A stretch of 64,000 nt of DNA from Bacteroidales bacterium (GTDB lineage Bacteria; Bacteroidota; Bacteroidia; Bacteroidales; VadinHA17): the NCBI GenBank assembly GCA_034522515.1, contig JAXHLF010000025.1:32498-96497 (forward strand). Reading direction: 5' to 3'. Position 1 is the first letter of the stretch. The number at the start of each line of letters is the position of its first letter. The notes under the pieces were generated by a model, which saw only the letters and a program-made list of their open reading frames with translations, was not told the DNA's origin and ran no database searches. The position numbers were made by a program, and so were the translations under genes. This document shows, piece after piece, positions 20,522-31,900 of this stretch.

Positions 20522-23260
20522 ATGATGAAATTACCCCTTTTATTGATCCTTTACTTTGCGTTTTCATCTCTTGCCGCCGGCCAGCAGGAGGAACAAAGGA
20601 TTACATGGAATTATGAGGGCAGTACCTTTGAGGAGTTTGTTTCACAGGCCGAAGCGCACCTCCGGATAAGATTTTATTATAAAGATGAATGGACAGAGGG
20701 GCTCCGGATGCCGGACTCAGGAAAAGAGCCGCTCCTCAGTGATCTGCTCAGGCGGATGTTCGCCGGAAAAGCCATTTATTATTTCAGTGATGAATCAGGC
20801 AACATAATCATTACAAAGGATTTCGCTGTCAAGTCCTTTGCCTCCGGCACCCTTTCTTCTGAAAACCTGCTCCCACGCCAGGATCGCTCCGAAGATAATG
20901 AGCGGTCTGCGGTAAGTGAATACCTGATATACGAGATCGGCAACCGTGCAGAAAAAGCGAGACAGGGGAACATCAGCATCACCGGTTACATCAGGGACAA
21001 AAACAGTGGTGAACCTCTCAGGGGGGTGACGGTTTTCATAAGCGAACTTGCACAGGGCACCGCTACTGACGCCAACGGTTTTTACCTTGTGAATGTACCC
21101 CGCGGTTCATACAACTTCAGGTTCTCCCACCTCGGAATGAAAGAGACAGGGGTCAACACCCGGGTATACGGAAGCGGCTCACTTGACATAGAGATGGTTG
21201 AAGAATATATCGCCATTGAGGGGGCGGTGGTTACGGCACGGAAAAGTGACGCACTGCGCAGGCTTGAGACAGGATTCGAGAAGGTCAACATGGCAACCTT
21301 CCGCCTGATGCCATCCTCGCTTGGCGAGACGGATATCCTGAAAAATATACTCCTCCTGCCGGGAGTCAAAACAGTGGGCGAAGCATCTCAGGGATTCAAC
21401 GTAAGGGGGGGTGCATCGGACCAGAACCTGATACTTCTCTACGGCGTCCCTCTTTTCAATCCTTCACACTTCTTCGGTTTCTTTACCTCGGTCAACGCTG
21501 ATATCATCAGAGACCTTCATCTTTATAAGGGAGGCATGCCGGCCCGTTACGGCGGAAGACTCTCATCCGTAATAGATATTTTACCTCTTGACGGGAGCAA
21601 CCGGGAGTTCAGCGGGAAAGCAGGCATCAGCCCGATTGCAGCTCACCTGCTACTCGATTTTCCCATAGTAAAGGAAAAGGTTTCTGCCATCGTAGCAGCC
21701 CGCAGCACATATTCAAACTGGGTGATGGATGTGGTTGATTATCCGCTCCTCAACAAGAGTGAAGCCTCATTCTATGACTTCAATTCCAGAGTCGTCTGGA
21801 CCCCGGATGAAAAAAACAGCCTCGAACTCTCGGGATACCTGAGCCATGATGCCTTCAGGCTGAACAGCGACACCACATACGGCTACAGCAACATGATCGC
21901 CTCACTGAAATGGATAAGGTCACTTACCGGCAAAGCACATCTTTCGGTATCAGCAGCCAACAGTAACTATAAATACAATGTGAGCAGCCTGTCAACAGTC
22001 GAAAAGGCTTTTGAGCTCAGCTATGGAATCAATTATTCGAGCATCAGGGGTGATCTTAGCCTGTCGGCCGGACGTATAAATGATTTAAATGGCGGGATGG
22101 AACTTGGCTTTTATTCTGTATTGCCCGGAGACTTTCAGCCTGCCTACTCTGCCTCGCTGGTCAAACCGGAGACAATCGAACGGGAAAGAGCCATGGAGAA
22201 CGCCCTCTACATTGAAGACCTGATGAAACTGTCAGAGCAGGCTTCACTCAGCATAGGACTGAGATATTCATGGTTCGCGGCATTTGGACCGAAAACGGTT
22301 CTTATGTACGAACCGGCCCTGCCCAGAAGCATATCAACAATCATTGATACTGTTTCCTTCCCATCCGGCAGACCATATCAAAGTTACTCAGGACCGGAAT
22401 TCAGGATGTCATTGAATTACATGCTCACCAATAACAGTGCGGTGAAGCTGAACTATAACCGTACGAGACAATATCTTCATCTGCTGACAAACACTGTATC
22501 TATCTCTCCTACTGATCTATGGAAGATATCTGATTATTATATCAGACCGCAGGTGGCCGATCAGTATTCAGCCGGCTATTATCTCACCATACCCTGGAAC
22601 ACTCTCGAGCTCTCAGCAGAGATCTATTATAAGCCCATCCGGAACATGATAGATTTCAAGGGAGGAACGGTTCTGACAATGAATGAAAGCATAGAAAAAG
22701 ATATCATCAATGTTGAAGGGCGCGCCTACGGAGTGGAGTTCATGTTCAGGAAGAATGTCGGTAAAACGACCTGGCACCTGAGTTACACATACTCAAGGAT
22801 TCTGCTTCGCGGCATAAGTGAGTATGACAGTGAGACCATCAACTCAGGCAACTGGTTCCCCGCTTCCCACGACAAACCGCATGATCTTTCCATGAGCCTG
22901 AATTACACTGTGACCCGCAGGTTGAATCTCTCTCTCGGTTATGTCTATAATACCGGCCGGCCAATAACTTATCCTGTAGGTTCCTATCAGATTGACGGAA
23001 TCTGGTTAATAAATTACTCTGACAGGAATAAATACAGGGTGCCGGATTACTCAAGGCTCGATTTCTCTGCCCGACTGAAGGGGAATCTCAAGTCGAGAAA
23101 ACTGATGAATCCATCCTGGACTTTCTCATGCTACAACCTTCTCGGACGTGCCAATGTCTATTCTGAATATTTCGTCATAAACGGTCAAACCGTTAGTGCA
23201 TACAGGCTTTCGGTGTTTGCAAGACCTGTTCCCACACTGACTTACAGTTTTGATTTCTGA
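20522..23260 (+). CDS. TonB-dependent outer-membrane receptor (CarboxypepD_reg-like N-domain + plug + barrel)
   Basis: 912 aa. Signal peptide. ITGYIRDKNSGEPLRGVTVFI...TDANGFY is a carboxypeptidase-regulatory-like domain. Plug motifs DILKNILLLPGV and NVRGG. The beta-barrel ends in ...TLTYSFDF with a terminal aromatic residue. Confidence 0.85.
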   Translation: MMKLPLLLILYFAFSSLAAGQQEEQRITWNYEGSTFEEFVSQAEAHLRIRFYYKDEWTEGLRMPDSGKEPLLSDLLRRMFAGKAIYYFSDESGNIIITKDFAVKSFASGTLSSENLLPRQDRSEDNERSAVSEYLIYEIGNRAEKARQGNISITGYIRDKNSGEPLRGVTVFISELAQGTATDANGFYLVNVPRGSYNFRFSHLGMKETGVNTRVYGSGSLDIEMVEEYIAIEGAVVTARKSDALRRLETGFEKVNMATFRLMPSSLGETDILKNILLLPGVKTVGEASQGFNVRGGASDQNLILLYGVPLFNPSHFFGFFTSVNADIIRDLHLYKGGMPARYGGRLSSVIDILPLDGSNREFSGKAGISPIAAHLLLDFPIVKEKVSAIVAARSTYSNWVMDVVDYPLLNKSEASFYDFNSRVVWTPDEKNSLELSGYLSHDAFRLNSDTTYGYSNMIASLKWIRSLTGKAHLSVSAANSNYKYNVSSLSTVEKAFELSYGINYSSIRGDLSLSAGRINDLNGGMELGFYSVLPGDFQPAYSASLVKPETIERERAMENALYIEDLMKLSEQASLSIGLRYSWFAAFGPKTVLMYEPALPRSISTIIDTVSFPSGRPYQSYSGPEFRMSLNYMLTNNSAVKLNYNRTRQYLHLLTNTVSISPTDLWKISDYYIRPQVADQYSAGYYLTIPWNTLELSAEIYYKPIRNMIDFKGGTVLTMNESIEKDIINVEGRAYGVEFMFRKNVGKTTWHLSYTYSRILLRGISEYDSETINSGNWFPASHDKPHDLSMSLNYTVTRRLNLSLGYVYNTGRPITYPVGSYQIDGIWLINYSDRNKYRVPDYSRLDFSARLKGNLKSRKLMNPSWTFSCYNLLGRANVYSEYFVINGQTVSAYRLSVFARPVPTLTYSFDF

Positions 23261-23268
23261 TACAGGCT

Positions 23269-24441
23269 ATGAAGAGACTGACTGAAATACTGTTGATAAT
23301 GCTGACTGCCGGCACGGGTTGTGTTACCATATTCTATCCTGACATAAGTGAAGAAGAGCAGTCGATCGTCATTGAAGCAAGGGTGACTGACCGCCATGAG
23401 ACTCACGAAGTCAGGATATCATGGTTGCAGCCGCTCTTTTCAGAAGTCAGCAATCCACCGTCTGCCAGCGGTTACATGGTATCGGTGCTCGATGATGCCG
23501 GCAATGAATACCTCTTCAGAAATGCAGGCGGTGGCCGCTACCTTTCCGATTCAACCGAATTCAGGGCCCTCGCGGGCAGAAGATACAAGTTACATGTGGA
23601 AGGAGCAGATCATATTTACGAATCTGACTTTGTTGAGATGAAATCCGTGCCGCCCATCGATTCTGTTTATGCAGGCCCTGAATACAATGAATTCTACTAT
23701 CCCGGAGAGTCAACCTACGGATACCAGGTTTACCTCGACTCGTTCGACCCCACGGGTGAATGCCGGTATTTCATGTGGACCTTTGATGAGACATGGGAAA
23801 TCCGCACCCCTTTCAGGTACCCGACTATCATCAACAGGATTTGCTGGAAATCAGCTCCGTCAACCGAAATCAACATACTGAGCACCACAGCCCTCACGGA
23901 GAGTCGTGTGACAGCACATCCGGTAACCTTTATCACAACGGAGACCGACCGGTTGACAGTGAAGTACAGCATTCTTGTAAGGCAATATTCTCTGACAGAG
24001 GAGGAGTTCACCTACCGCGATAATCTGAATAAAACAGTTTTTGAAGCAGGAGGGTTGTATGACGCAATTCCCGGATCCATCACGGGAAACATAAAATGTA
24101 CAGACGATCCCGCCACACCTGTCCTTGGATTCTTCGGTGTCTCAGCGGTCTCCGAAGAGAGACTGTTCATTGAAAACGTATATACAAAGTTCCCGGATTT
24201 TTATGCTTATTGCCCGATTGATTCAATCCCTGTAGGAGATTATGATCCCGATGTCTACGGGCCGAATGTTTACATTATCGGGGAGTGGTTGGACCCCCCT
24301 ATGCCTCCCTATTACATCCTTTCAATACACAGGGAATGCGTTGACTGTGCAATGACCGGGACAGCCATTAAGCCTGAATACTGGGATGCTCCCGGCCAGA
24401 AAAAAACATATCATTCCCTTTTCGATGAAGACAAACGGTAG
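23269..24441 (+). CDS. DUF4249-like lipoprotein (usual partner of this receptor type)
   Basis: Lipoprotein signal MKRLTEILLIMLTAGTGC. 390 aa. Position and size match the DUF4249 proteins commonly found after non-SusD-paired TonB receptors in Bacteroidota. The family assignment is from memory of that architecture. Confidence 0.55.
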   Translation: MKRLTEILLIMLTAGTGCVTIFYPDISEEEQSIVIEARVTDRHETHEVRISWLQPLFSEVSNPPSASGYMVSVLDDAGNEYLFRNAGGGRYLSDSTEFRALAGRRYKLHVEGADHIYESDFVEMKSVPPIDSVYAGPEYNEFYYPGESTYGYQVYLDSFDPTGECRYFMWTFDETWEIRTPFRYPTIINRICWKSAPSTEINILSTTALTESRVTAHPVTFITTETDRLTVKYSILVRQYSLTEEEFTYRDNLNKTVFEAGGLYDAIPGSITGNIKCTDDPATPVLGFFGVSAVSEERLFIENVYTKFPDFYAYCPIDSIPVGDYDPDVYGPNVYIIGEWLDPPMPPYYILSIHRECVDCAMTGTAIKPEYWDAPGQKKTYHSLFDEDKR

Positions 24442-26827
24442 AATAAAACTGGCGCTATTTCTTGCAGCGCTTATGCCGGGCTTCATCTCCGGCCAGGATG
24501 CATCTACCGGCATACCGGCATTAACTTCAAAACTTGACAGTTACCGCATCATCAGCCCCTTTGAGGAGCTCTGGCTGCATACCGACAGGGAAAGCTATGT
24601 TGCGGGGGAGGTAGTCAGGGTTAAAGCTTATCTACTATCCTATCCTGACCTCCGCATTTCGGAGAAGGAGAGTTACGCCTACGTCGAGCTGCTCGACTAT
24701 TACAATAATCCGGTAGCACAGGCAACCATACAGCTCGTTAATGGTTCCGGCGAATCGGAGTTTTTGCTGCCTGACAGCCTTGTTACAGGCTCCTACCTCC
24801 TCCGTGCCTATACGAGCATAATGAAAAACTATCTGCCTCACGGATGCTTCATGAAAAAGATCACTGTGGCCAATCCTTTCCGGGAGGATTTCCTCGACCT
24901 TTACACCTCGCTGAAATTCAGTCATGACCCGCCTTCGAAGATCGACTTCTTCCCTGAAGGAGGCAGACTGGTAAGCGGAATGCTTACAACCGTTGGGGTA
25001 ACTGTACTCAATCAGTACGGATATCCTGCAGGCTGCAGTGCAGTGGTCACAAACGGGGAAGATGAGGTTATAGCGGAAGTAACGGTTGACACCACAGGTA
25101 TCGGATCATTTGAATTTATTCCGGAGCCGGGTGAGAGCTATTACTTTACTCCCTCAGTGACCGGGCAACGGCAGCTTATTCCACCTGCATCGTCCGGCGG
25201 GTTTAATATGCGGGTATCTGCTACAGGCGGTCAGGCAGTCAGTATTCTCCTGAGGGGAAGAGCCGCCGAAGGCGAAGACAGTTATGAAGGAGGTTTCATA
25301 CTGATCCAGTCAAGAGGAAATATATTGTTTACCAGGGAGCTGCCTCCATGGACCGGAGAGTACGTGATACAGGTGCCTGCAACCCGGATGGCGAAAGGAA
25401 TAAATAATATCGCTGCCTTCGACGCAACCGGCAAATTCATTGCTGAGAGATATTTCTACATGCCTGAGGCCGCTGGGGAGAGCCTTCATCTCAGTTACGA
25501 CGACCATGCCGGCCGGAGGGCAAAAATATACCTGGAGACAGGTGACCCGGAGAACCGGATCAGCCCGGATGACATGGTCGCAGGAAGCATATCCGTAGCG
25601 GCATCTGTCACTTCTGACAAATCTATGACGGCATCAGACTACCTGCTTCTGGGATCTGAATTCAGTCATTCATCGGATGCACTTCAGCTGAAAGACAATT
25701 TCCCCTGGCTAACTCCTGAGGCGCGGAACATCTTCCTTCTGGGAATAAAAAGCGAATGGATCGATTGGGACAGAATCACTGCCGGTCATTGCGATCCGCC
25801 ACTCTTCACTGAAGAGGTGAACGGACGGTACCTGGTCGCTTCACTCGCCGGCTCACATGAAAAGTCTGCCGAAGGGAGGCTGACTGCTTTCCTTGCTGGC
25901 TGGGGCGGGAGACAGTCATTCCAGTACGCGAAAAGCGATACGTCCGGGGAATTCTTCTTTTTCCTGGAAAGAAACCATGAGACGGACGAAATCATTATCA
26001 AAGCCGGCGAGAAGGGGAACTCTCATCCTTTTAAACCGGAAAGCAGATTCTCAGACAGGTATCTGACTAATCTCTTCAGCCCTGACACAACCCCCATGCC
26101 GGCCCTGATGAATGAGCTGGATAAAATGGCTGCACGGTCCCAGGTAAGGAAGATTTATGGTATAACCGATATCCCTGACGCTGACACAACAGAGAAAGAT
26201 AAAGACCATGGCTGGCAGTTTTACGGAAGTCCGGACCAGAGGCTTCTGCTTGATGAGTATGTAAGTCTCTCGTCTATGAGAGAGATATTCTTTGAACTGG
26301 TCAGAAGGCTTACAGTAAGGTCAGACCGGCAGGATGGCAAGCCGGTTATCTGGGACCCGGTGTTGAAAAGATCACCTGCCCTCTTTATTGACCAGGTCCC
26401 GGTGGATGATGCTGAAACGATTCTGGGTCTTGATCCGGCGCATGTGAAACAGATAGATATCATTACCGGAGACTACCTGTTCGGAGAGATTGTCTTCCCG
26501 GGTATTCTGAACGTAATAACCCGGAATGGCAATTTCACTGAAACGGGTCTGCCTGCCAATATACTGAGATCATCATATACAATGGCAGACCCTTCCTCTC
26601 GCTTTGTTGCGCCTGATCACTCGTCGAAAGGTGACAGCCGCATCCCTGATTTCAGGAACACCATCTTCTGGGACGGGAACCTGAAGAAAGACAGTGCCGG
26701 CGGGTTGTCTGTGGAATTCTGGGGATCCGATGACACACAGACCTGTGACATAACCGTAACCATTATTGATAAGAGTGGCAAAATCATATCTGCAAAGGCT
26801 AAGCTTCACCTTACAGGCCTCTGGTGA
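24425..26827 (+). CDS. Large secreted protein with N-terminal MG2 (alpha-2-macroglobulin-like) domain and a Plug-like segment
   Basis: Start MKTNGRIKLALFLAALMPGFISGQ overlaps the upstream stop. LHTDRESYVAGEVVRVKAYLL...GSYLLRAYTSIMKNY resembles MG2 domains. LFIDQVPVDDAETILGLDPAHVKQIDIITGD...GILNVITRNG resembles a TonB-receptor plug. Confidence 0.55.
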   Translation: MKTNGRIKLALFLAALMPGFISGQDASTGIPALTSKLDSYRIISPFEELWLHTDRESYVAGEVVRVKAYLLSYPDLRISEKESYAYVELLDYYNNPVAQATIQLVNGSGESEFLLPDSLVTGSYLLRAYTSIMKNYLPHGCFMKKITVANPFREDFLDLYTSLKFSHDPPSKIDFFPEGGRLVSGMLTTVGVTVLNQYGYPAGCSAVVTNGEDEVIAEVTVDTTGIGSFEFIPEPGESYYFTPSVTGQRQLIPPASSGGFNMRVSATGGQAVSILLRGRAAEGEDSYEGGFILIQSRGNILFTRELPPWTGEYVIQVPATRMAKGINNIAAFDATGKFIAERYFYMPEAAGESLHLSYDDHAGRRAKIYLETGDPENRISPDDMVAGSISVAASVTSDKSMTASDYLLLGSEFSHSSDALQLKDNFPWLTPEARNIFLLGIKSEWIDWDRITAGHCDPPLFTEEVNGRYLVASLAGSHEKSAEGRLTAFLAGWGGRQSFQYAKSDTSGEFFFFLERNHETDEIIIKAGEKGNSHPFKPESRFSDRYLTNLFSPDTTPMPALMNELDKMAARSQVRKIYGITDIPDADTTEKDKDHGWQFYGSPDQRLLLDEYVSLSSMREIFFELVRRLTVRSDRQDGKPVIWDPVLKRSPALFIDQVPVDDAETILGLDPAHVKQIDIITGDYLFGEIVFPGILNVITRNGNFTETGLPANILRSSYTMADPSSRFVAPDHSSKGDSRIPDFRNTIFWDGNLKKDSAGGLSVEFWGSDDTQTCDITVTIIDKSGKIISAKAKLHLTGLW

Positions 26828-26865
26828 TCCGTGCCTGGCGCACTCAGGTTCGGTAAGTAAGACAA

Positions 26866-28953
26866 TTGACTTTAATAAGAATAAAACAGGCTCGAAAATT
26901 TCTGTCTTTTTGTATCTTGGAGGAAGATTCAGAATTGAAAAACAGGTACTACGATATTGATCCCTGGCTTGATCCTTTCAAAAGTGTCATTGAAGCCCGT
27001 CTCACCTACTGTAAAGACCGGGAGGCTCTGATCACGGGAGGCAGTCCGCTATCCGATTTTGCCAACGGGCACCACTGGTACGGCCTGCATCACACTGAAA
27101 ATGGGTGGGTCTTCAGGGAGCATGCTCCCAACGCCACTGCCATAACTCTTGTAGGCACCTTCAGCGGGTGGAAGGAGGATGACCGTTATAGTCTTCACAG
27201 GACTGCCGAAGGCGACTGGATCGGGGAGTTTGATGAAGGGATGCTGTCACACGGCGATCTGTACAAGATGAATGTGAGGTGGAAGGGCGGCGGCGGCGAG
27301 CGCATCCCCGCCTACGCCACGCGCGCTGTCCAGGATGAGGTGACAAAGATATTCACTGCACAGGTATGGCACCCCGCCGGGAGCTACGTCATGAGACACC
27401 CCTCCCCGCCGCCGCCGCCGTCACTCCTTGTCTACGAGGCACACGTAGGTATGGCTACGGAGGAGGAGAGGACAGGCACCTACCGGGAGTTTACTGCTGA
27501 CGTGCTGCCCCGGATAAAAAGCCTGGGCTACAATACCATCCAGCTGATGGCTGTGCAGGAACACCCCTATTACGGATCATTCGGATATCATGTGTCAAGC
27601 CTCTTTGCCGCCTCGTCACGCTTCGGTACCCCGGATGAGCTCATGGAACTCATCGATACGGCTCACGGTATGGGCCTCAGGGTCATCATGGACCTGGTGC
27701 ACTCACATGCCGTTGCCAACACCCTGGAGGGGCTGGGCCTGCTCGACGGCGACCCTGCCCTCTATTTCCATAAAGGGGCGAGGAGAAAGCACGTGGCGTG
27801 GGACTCGCTATGCTATGACTACGGCAAGCCGAAAGTGGCTCACTTTCTTCTCTCAAACTGTAAATACTGGCTCGAGGAGTACAACTTTGACGGTTTCCGT
27901 TTCGACGGGATCACCAGCATGCTCTATTATGACCACGGACTGGGATCTGACTTCGTCTCGTACAAACAGTACTTTGACGGCAACCAGGACACCGATGCCA
28001 TCGTTTACCTTACCCTTGCCAATAAGCTTATCCATGAATTCAATGGCGGTGCCGTAACGATTGCGGAGGAGATGAGCGGCATGCCCGGCATCGCGGCGCC
28101 TGTCAGTGCGGGAGGGGTCGGCTTTGATTACAGGCTTGCCATGGGTGTTCCCGACATTTGGATCAAGATGGTGAAAGAGATTCCCGATGAAAACTGGGAC
28201 CTTGGATACCTTCTTCACGAACTGACGCAGCACCGTGCCGAGGAAAAGGTGGTATCATACTGTGAGTCGCATGACCAGGCCCTTGTGGGCGACAAGACGC
28301 TGATATTCAGGCTGGCAGACAAGGACATGTATTTCTCCATGGGTGTCAGTGCGCCCAGCCTGATCATTGACCGGGCGGTGGCACTTCACAAAATGATCAG
28401 GCTCTTCACCTTCATCACTGCCGGCGGAGGCTATCTCACCTTCATGGGCAACGAATTCGGCCACCCCGAGTGGATAGATTTCCCCAGGGAAGGAAACGGA
28501 TGGAGCTATAAGTACGCGCGCAGACAGTGGAGCCTGGCTGACGATGAATTGCTTCGGTACCGATACCTGAAGGAGTTTGACGGGGCCATGATAGAGACCG
28601 GCAAACAGCATGGACTTCCACTGCTGCAGATGACTGAGAAACTTGCATTCAACGATGCGGACAAGATCATTGCCTTCAGGCGGGGTGACCTTATCACGGT
28701 CATGAACTTCAATACCTCTGTCTCATTCACTGATTACGGCATACCCCTGAAGGGAAAATTCAGGATAATACTCAACACTGACGATCCGCTCTTTGGCGGA
28801 CAGGGAAGGATAGACTCGAGCCAGACCTATTTTTCCGTGCCTGACCATGACCGTTATGGCGTGACGGCACCGCACCACCTGAAACTTTACCTCCCTGCAA
28901 GGACAGCCGTTGTGCTCTTGCAGGAGAGGATAAAGACAATCAGCGACCTGTAA
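26866..28953 (+). CDS. glgB: 1,4-alpha-glucan branching enzyme (GH13, eukaryote-like subfamily)
   Basis: YEAHVGM, GYNTIQLMAVQEH..YGSFGYHV, VIMDLVHSH, FDGFRFDGITSM, AEEMSG and ESHDQALVGDK are GH13 branching-enzyme regions. The true start may be further downstream (for example TTG about 26935, LKNRYYDIDPWLDPF). Confidence 0.9.
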   Translation: MTLIRIKQARKFLSFCILEEDSELKNRYYDIDPWLDPFKSVIEARLTYCKDREALITGGSPLSDFANGHHWYGLHHTENGWVFREHAPNATAITLVGTFSGWKEDDRYSLHRTAEGDWIGEFDEGMLSHGDLYKMNVRWKGGGGERIPAYATRAVQDEVTKIFTAQVWHPAGSYVMRHPSPPPPPSLLVYEAHVGMATEEERTGTYREFTADVLPRIKSLGYNTIQLMAVQEHPYYGSFGYHVSSLFAASSRFGTPDELMELIDTAHGMGLRVIMDLVHSHAVANTLEGLGLLDGDPALYFHKGARRKHVAWDSLCYDYGKPKVAHFLLSNCKYWLEEYNFDGFRFDGITSMLYYDHGLGSDFVSYKQYFDGNQDTDAIVYLTLANKLIHEFNGGAVTIAEEMSGMPGIAAPVSAGGVGFDYRLAMGVPDIWIKMVKEIPDENWDLGYLLHELTQHRAEEKVVSYCESHDQALVGDKTLIFRLADKDMYFSMGVSAPSLIIDRAVALHKMIRLFTFITAGGGYLTFMGNEFGHPEWIDFPREGNGWSYKYARRQWSLADDELLRYRYLKEFDGAMIETGKQHGLPLLQMTEKLAFNDADKIIAFRRGDLITVMNFNTSVSFTDYGIPLKGKFRIILNTDDPLFGGQGRIDSSQTYFSVPDHDRYGVTAPHHLKLYLPARTAVVLLQERIKTISDL

Positions 28954-28954
28954 A

Positions 28955-31900
28955 TCAGTCGACCCACCTCAGCAGACAGAAGTCCTGCCTGTGAGGAAGC
29001 TGGTCATGCTTCGCGTGAATACGTATACCGTAGAAGAAGGTACCTGCCATTTCAGGCTGGAACAGCCCCACCCTGTATATCACTCTCCCATTCTTATGGT
29101 TCACATATTTAAACTCCTTGCTGGCGAAGAAGGCATGTTCGCCGTTCTTCAGCAGACGGGTTACAACCATTTCCACCCCGACATTCTCCGCAGGGATACC
29201 CTTAATATCCAAAATTATTTCCTGGGTGTATGTATGACCGGAACGGTAAACCTGGTTATCAGCATTCTTGACATCATATTTAATGATTTCAATCTCATCC
29301 CATGCTCTCGTTATTTCACTCTTCCATTGGGCCAGTTCACGTGCGAGAGCATAGTTATCAGCCGTTATCTGATTGCTCCTTTCCCACAGTTTCCTGTAAT
29401 ACTTCTGTATGTAGTCATTAAGCATGCGGCGTGTAGTGAACTCAGGCGCTACCTTTACCATGGTGTTCTTGATATAGCTGGTCCATTCGCGCGATATGCC
29501 GTCCTCATCCTTTGAGTAATAGGCAGGTATTATTCGAACTCAAGCATATTGTATATCGTCTCCGCGTCAATGTCGTCCTGCAGGTCCTGGTTGGAATAGG
29601 TACGTTTCTTGGGCAGGGCCCATCCGGCGAAGGCATGATACCCTTCCACCCACCACCCGTCAAGCACGCTGAAGTGGATGGTACCGTTCATGACAGCCTT
29701 CTCGCCGCTTGTTCCCGACGCTTCCAGCGGACGTGTCGGGGTATTCATCCATATATCCACACCACGCACAAGGTACCGTGCCATCTCCATGTCATAATTC
29801 TCAAGGAAGAGCACCTTGCCTGCGAACTGAGGGCATCTGTAGACCTCATTGATGCGGCATCTGCAGATCCTGTCCGCCCCCGTCGTTGGGATGCGCTTTC
29901 CCTGCATAGATGATCTGCACTGGCCTCTCGGGGTTATTGACGAGTTTCGACAACCGGTCGAGGTCACGGAAGAGGAGTGTTGCCCTCTTATAGGTGGCAA
30001 AGCGGCGGGCAAAACCTATTGTGAGGGCCTTCTCATTGAGGTGAGAGCTTATATTCATGAGTGTGCGCGGGCTGACGTGCCTGTCCATCATATCTGACTG
30101 CAGCCTCTTGCGGATGTTGTCAAACAGCCGTTTTTTAAGCTTCATCTTGATCTCGTACACCTTCTCATCATCCACCTGGTGAATCTTCGCCCACTGTTCA
30201 CGGTCGGTCTGGTCAAAGTGTTTCTGTCCGGTAATCTTTTCATACACCTGCTCCCACTCCGGCGCCACCCAGGTCGAATGGTGCACCCCGTTGGTAACAT
30301 GTCCGATATACAGTTCATCACGCAGGTATCCGGGCCACAGCTTCGAGAAGAGTCCACGCGAGACGTGGCCGTGAAGCTGGCTCACGCCGTTCATCTCCTG
30401 GGAAAAACGGGTGGCAAGGAAACTCATGTTGAACTTGCGGTCGTAGTCATCCTGGCAGCGGCCGAGGGCCATAAGCTGATCCCATGTGATGTTCAGCCTC
30501 GTATGATAATGAGATATGTATTTCCTGAGCATATCCTCCTCAAAGGCGTCATGACCTGCCGGTACCGGAGTGTGCGTGGTGAAGAGCGTTGAGGCCCTTA
30601 TAATCTCCATCGACTCCTCAAAGGTGAGATGTTCCTCTTCGATAAGATGTCGCATCCTTTCAAAACCGATGAAGGCTGAATGACCTTCGTTACTGTGATA
30701 TACATCAGGTTCTATTCCCAGGGCGATAAGGGCGCGCATGCCTCCAATGCCCAGTATCAGTTCCTGTTTAAGCCTGTTTTCGGAATCGCCTCCGTAGAGG
30801 TAATGAGTTATAGCTCTGTCTTCATGCGTGTTCTCCTCAAAATCGGTGTCAAGGAGATAAAGCTTAACCTTGCCCACCGAGGCCAGCCATATCCGGGCCT
30901 TCACCATTCGCCCTGGCCATGTGAGTTGTATGGTCAAATGGTTGCCGTCACTGTCTTTAACCACTGCAACAGGCAACCGCGAGAAGTCCTCGGCCTCGTA
31001 TATGGCCTGCTGTTCGCCCCTCGGCCCGAGCTTCTGCCTGAAATACCCGTAACGGTACAACAGTCCGAAGGCTGTGATGTTTACGTTTGAGTCACTTGCC
31101 TCCTTGAGATAGTCGCCTGCCAGCACTCCCAGACCTCCCGAGTAGATCTTCAGGCTGGGGTGAATTCCAAACTCCATGCTGAAGTAGGCCACGGAAGGAA
31201 GCTCCGGGTTTTCGGGCCTGGCCATATAGTCAGTGAACTCTTTATATATCGTGTCTGCATCAGAGAGGAAAACCTCATCATCTGAAAGCACCACAAGCCG
31301 TTTGTAGTCAATGGCTTCCAGGAGTCTCTTGGGATTGTGTCCCACCTCTTCCCAGAGAGTCGGATCCATGCGGCGGAAGAGGAACTCGGCATCGCTGTTC
31401 CATGACCACCATAGGTTGGCTGTCAGCTCCTTCAGGTAGCTTATGCGCTCGGGCAGCTCCGACTGGACATAAATATCCTTCCATACGGGTGCCTGGAACG
31501 GCTTTCTCGACTGTACCTCGGTAGCCTCAAGGATGCGTGCATATTCCCTGGGCTGGTCGCGCCTCTCCTCGCTCTTTTCAAGGGCGAGATTATAGGCTTC
31601 CGTATAGTAACGGAACAGTGTGTTCCAGTTGGCAATACGTGATATCTGCCAGGCCTTCTCCCTGGCCGCTGCCTCATCTGCAGCGGTCATCTTCATGAAC
31701 CTGCGGATGAACTCCTCCATCCCGGCAATGACCTCCTTCTCATTGTCGTCGGTGCGGTCAAGCACCAGGCATCCGTTGCCGGGATCTTCAAAATAGGAAT
31801 CGACCCACATTCCAAATCCCGCAAGGTTCGTGGTGACGGTCGGTACGCGGAACATCAGGCTCTCGAGCGGTGTATATCCCCATGGCTCGTAATAAGACGG

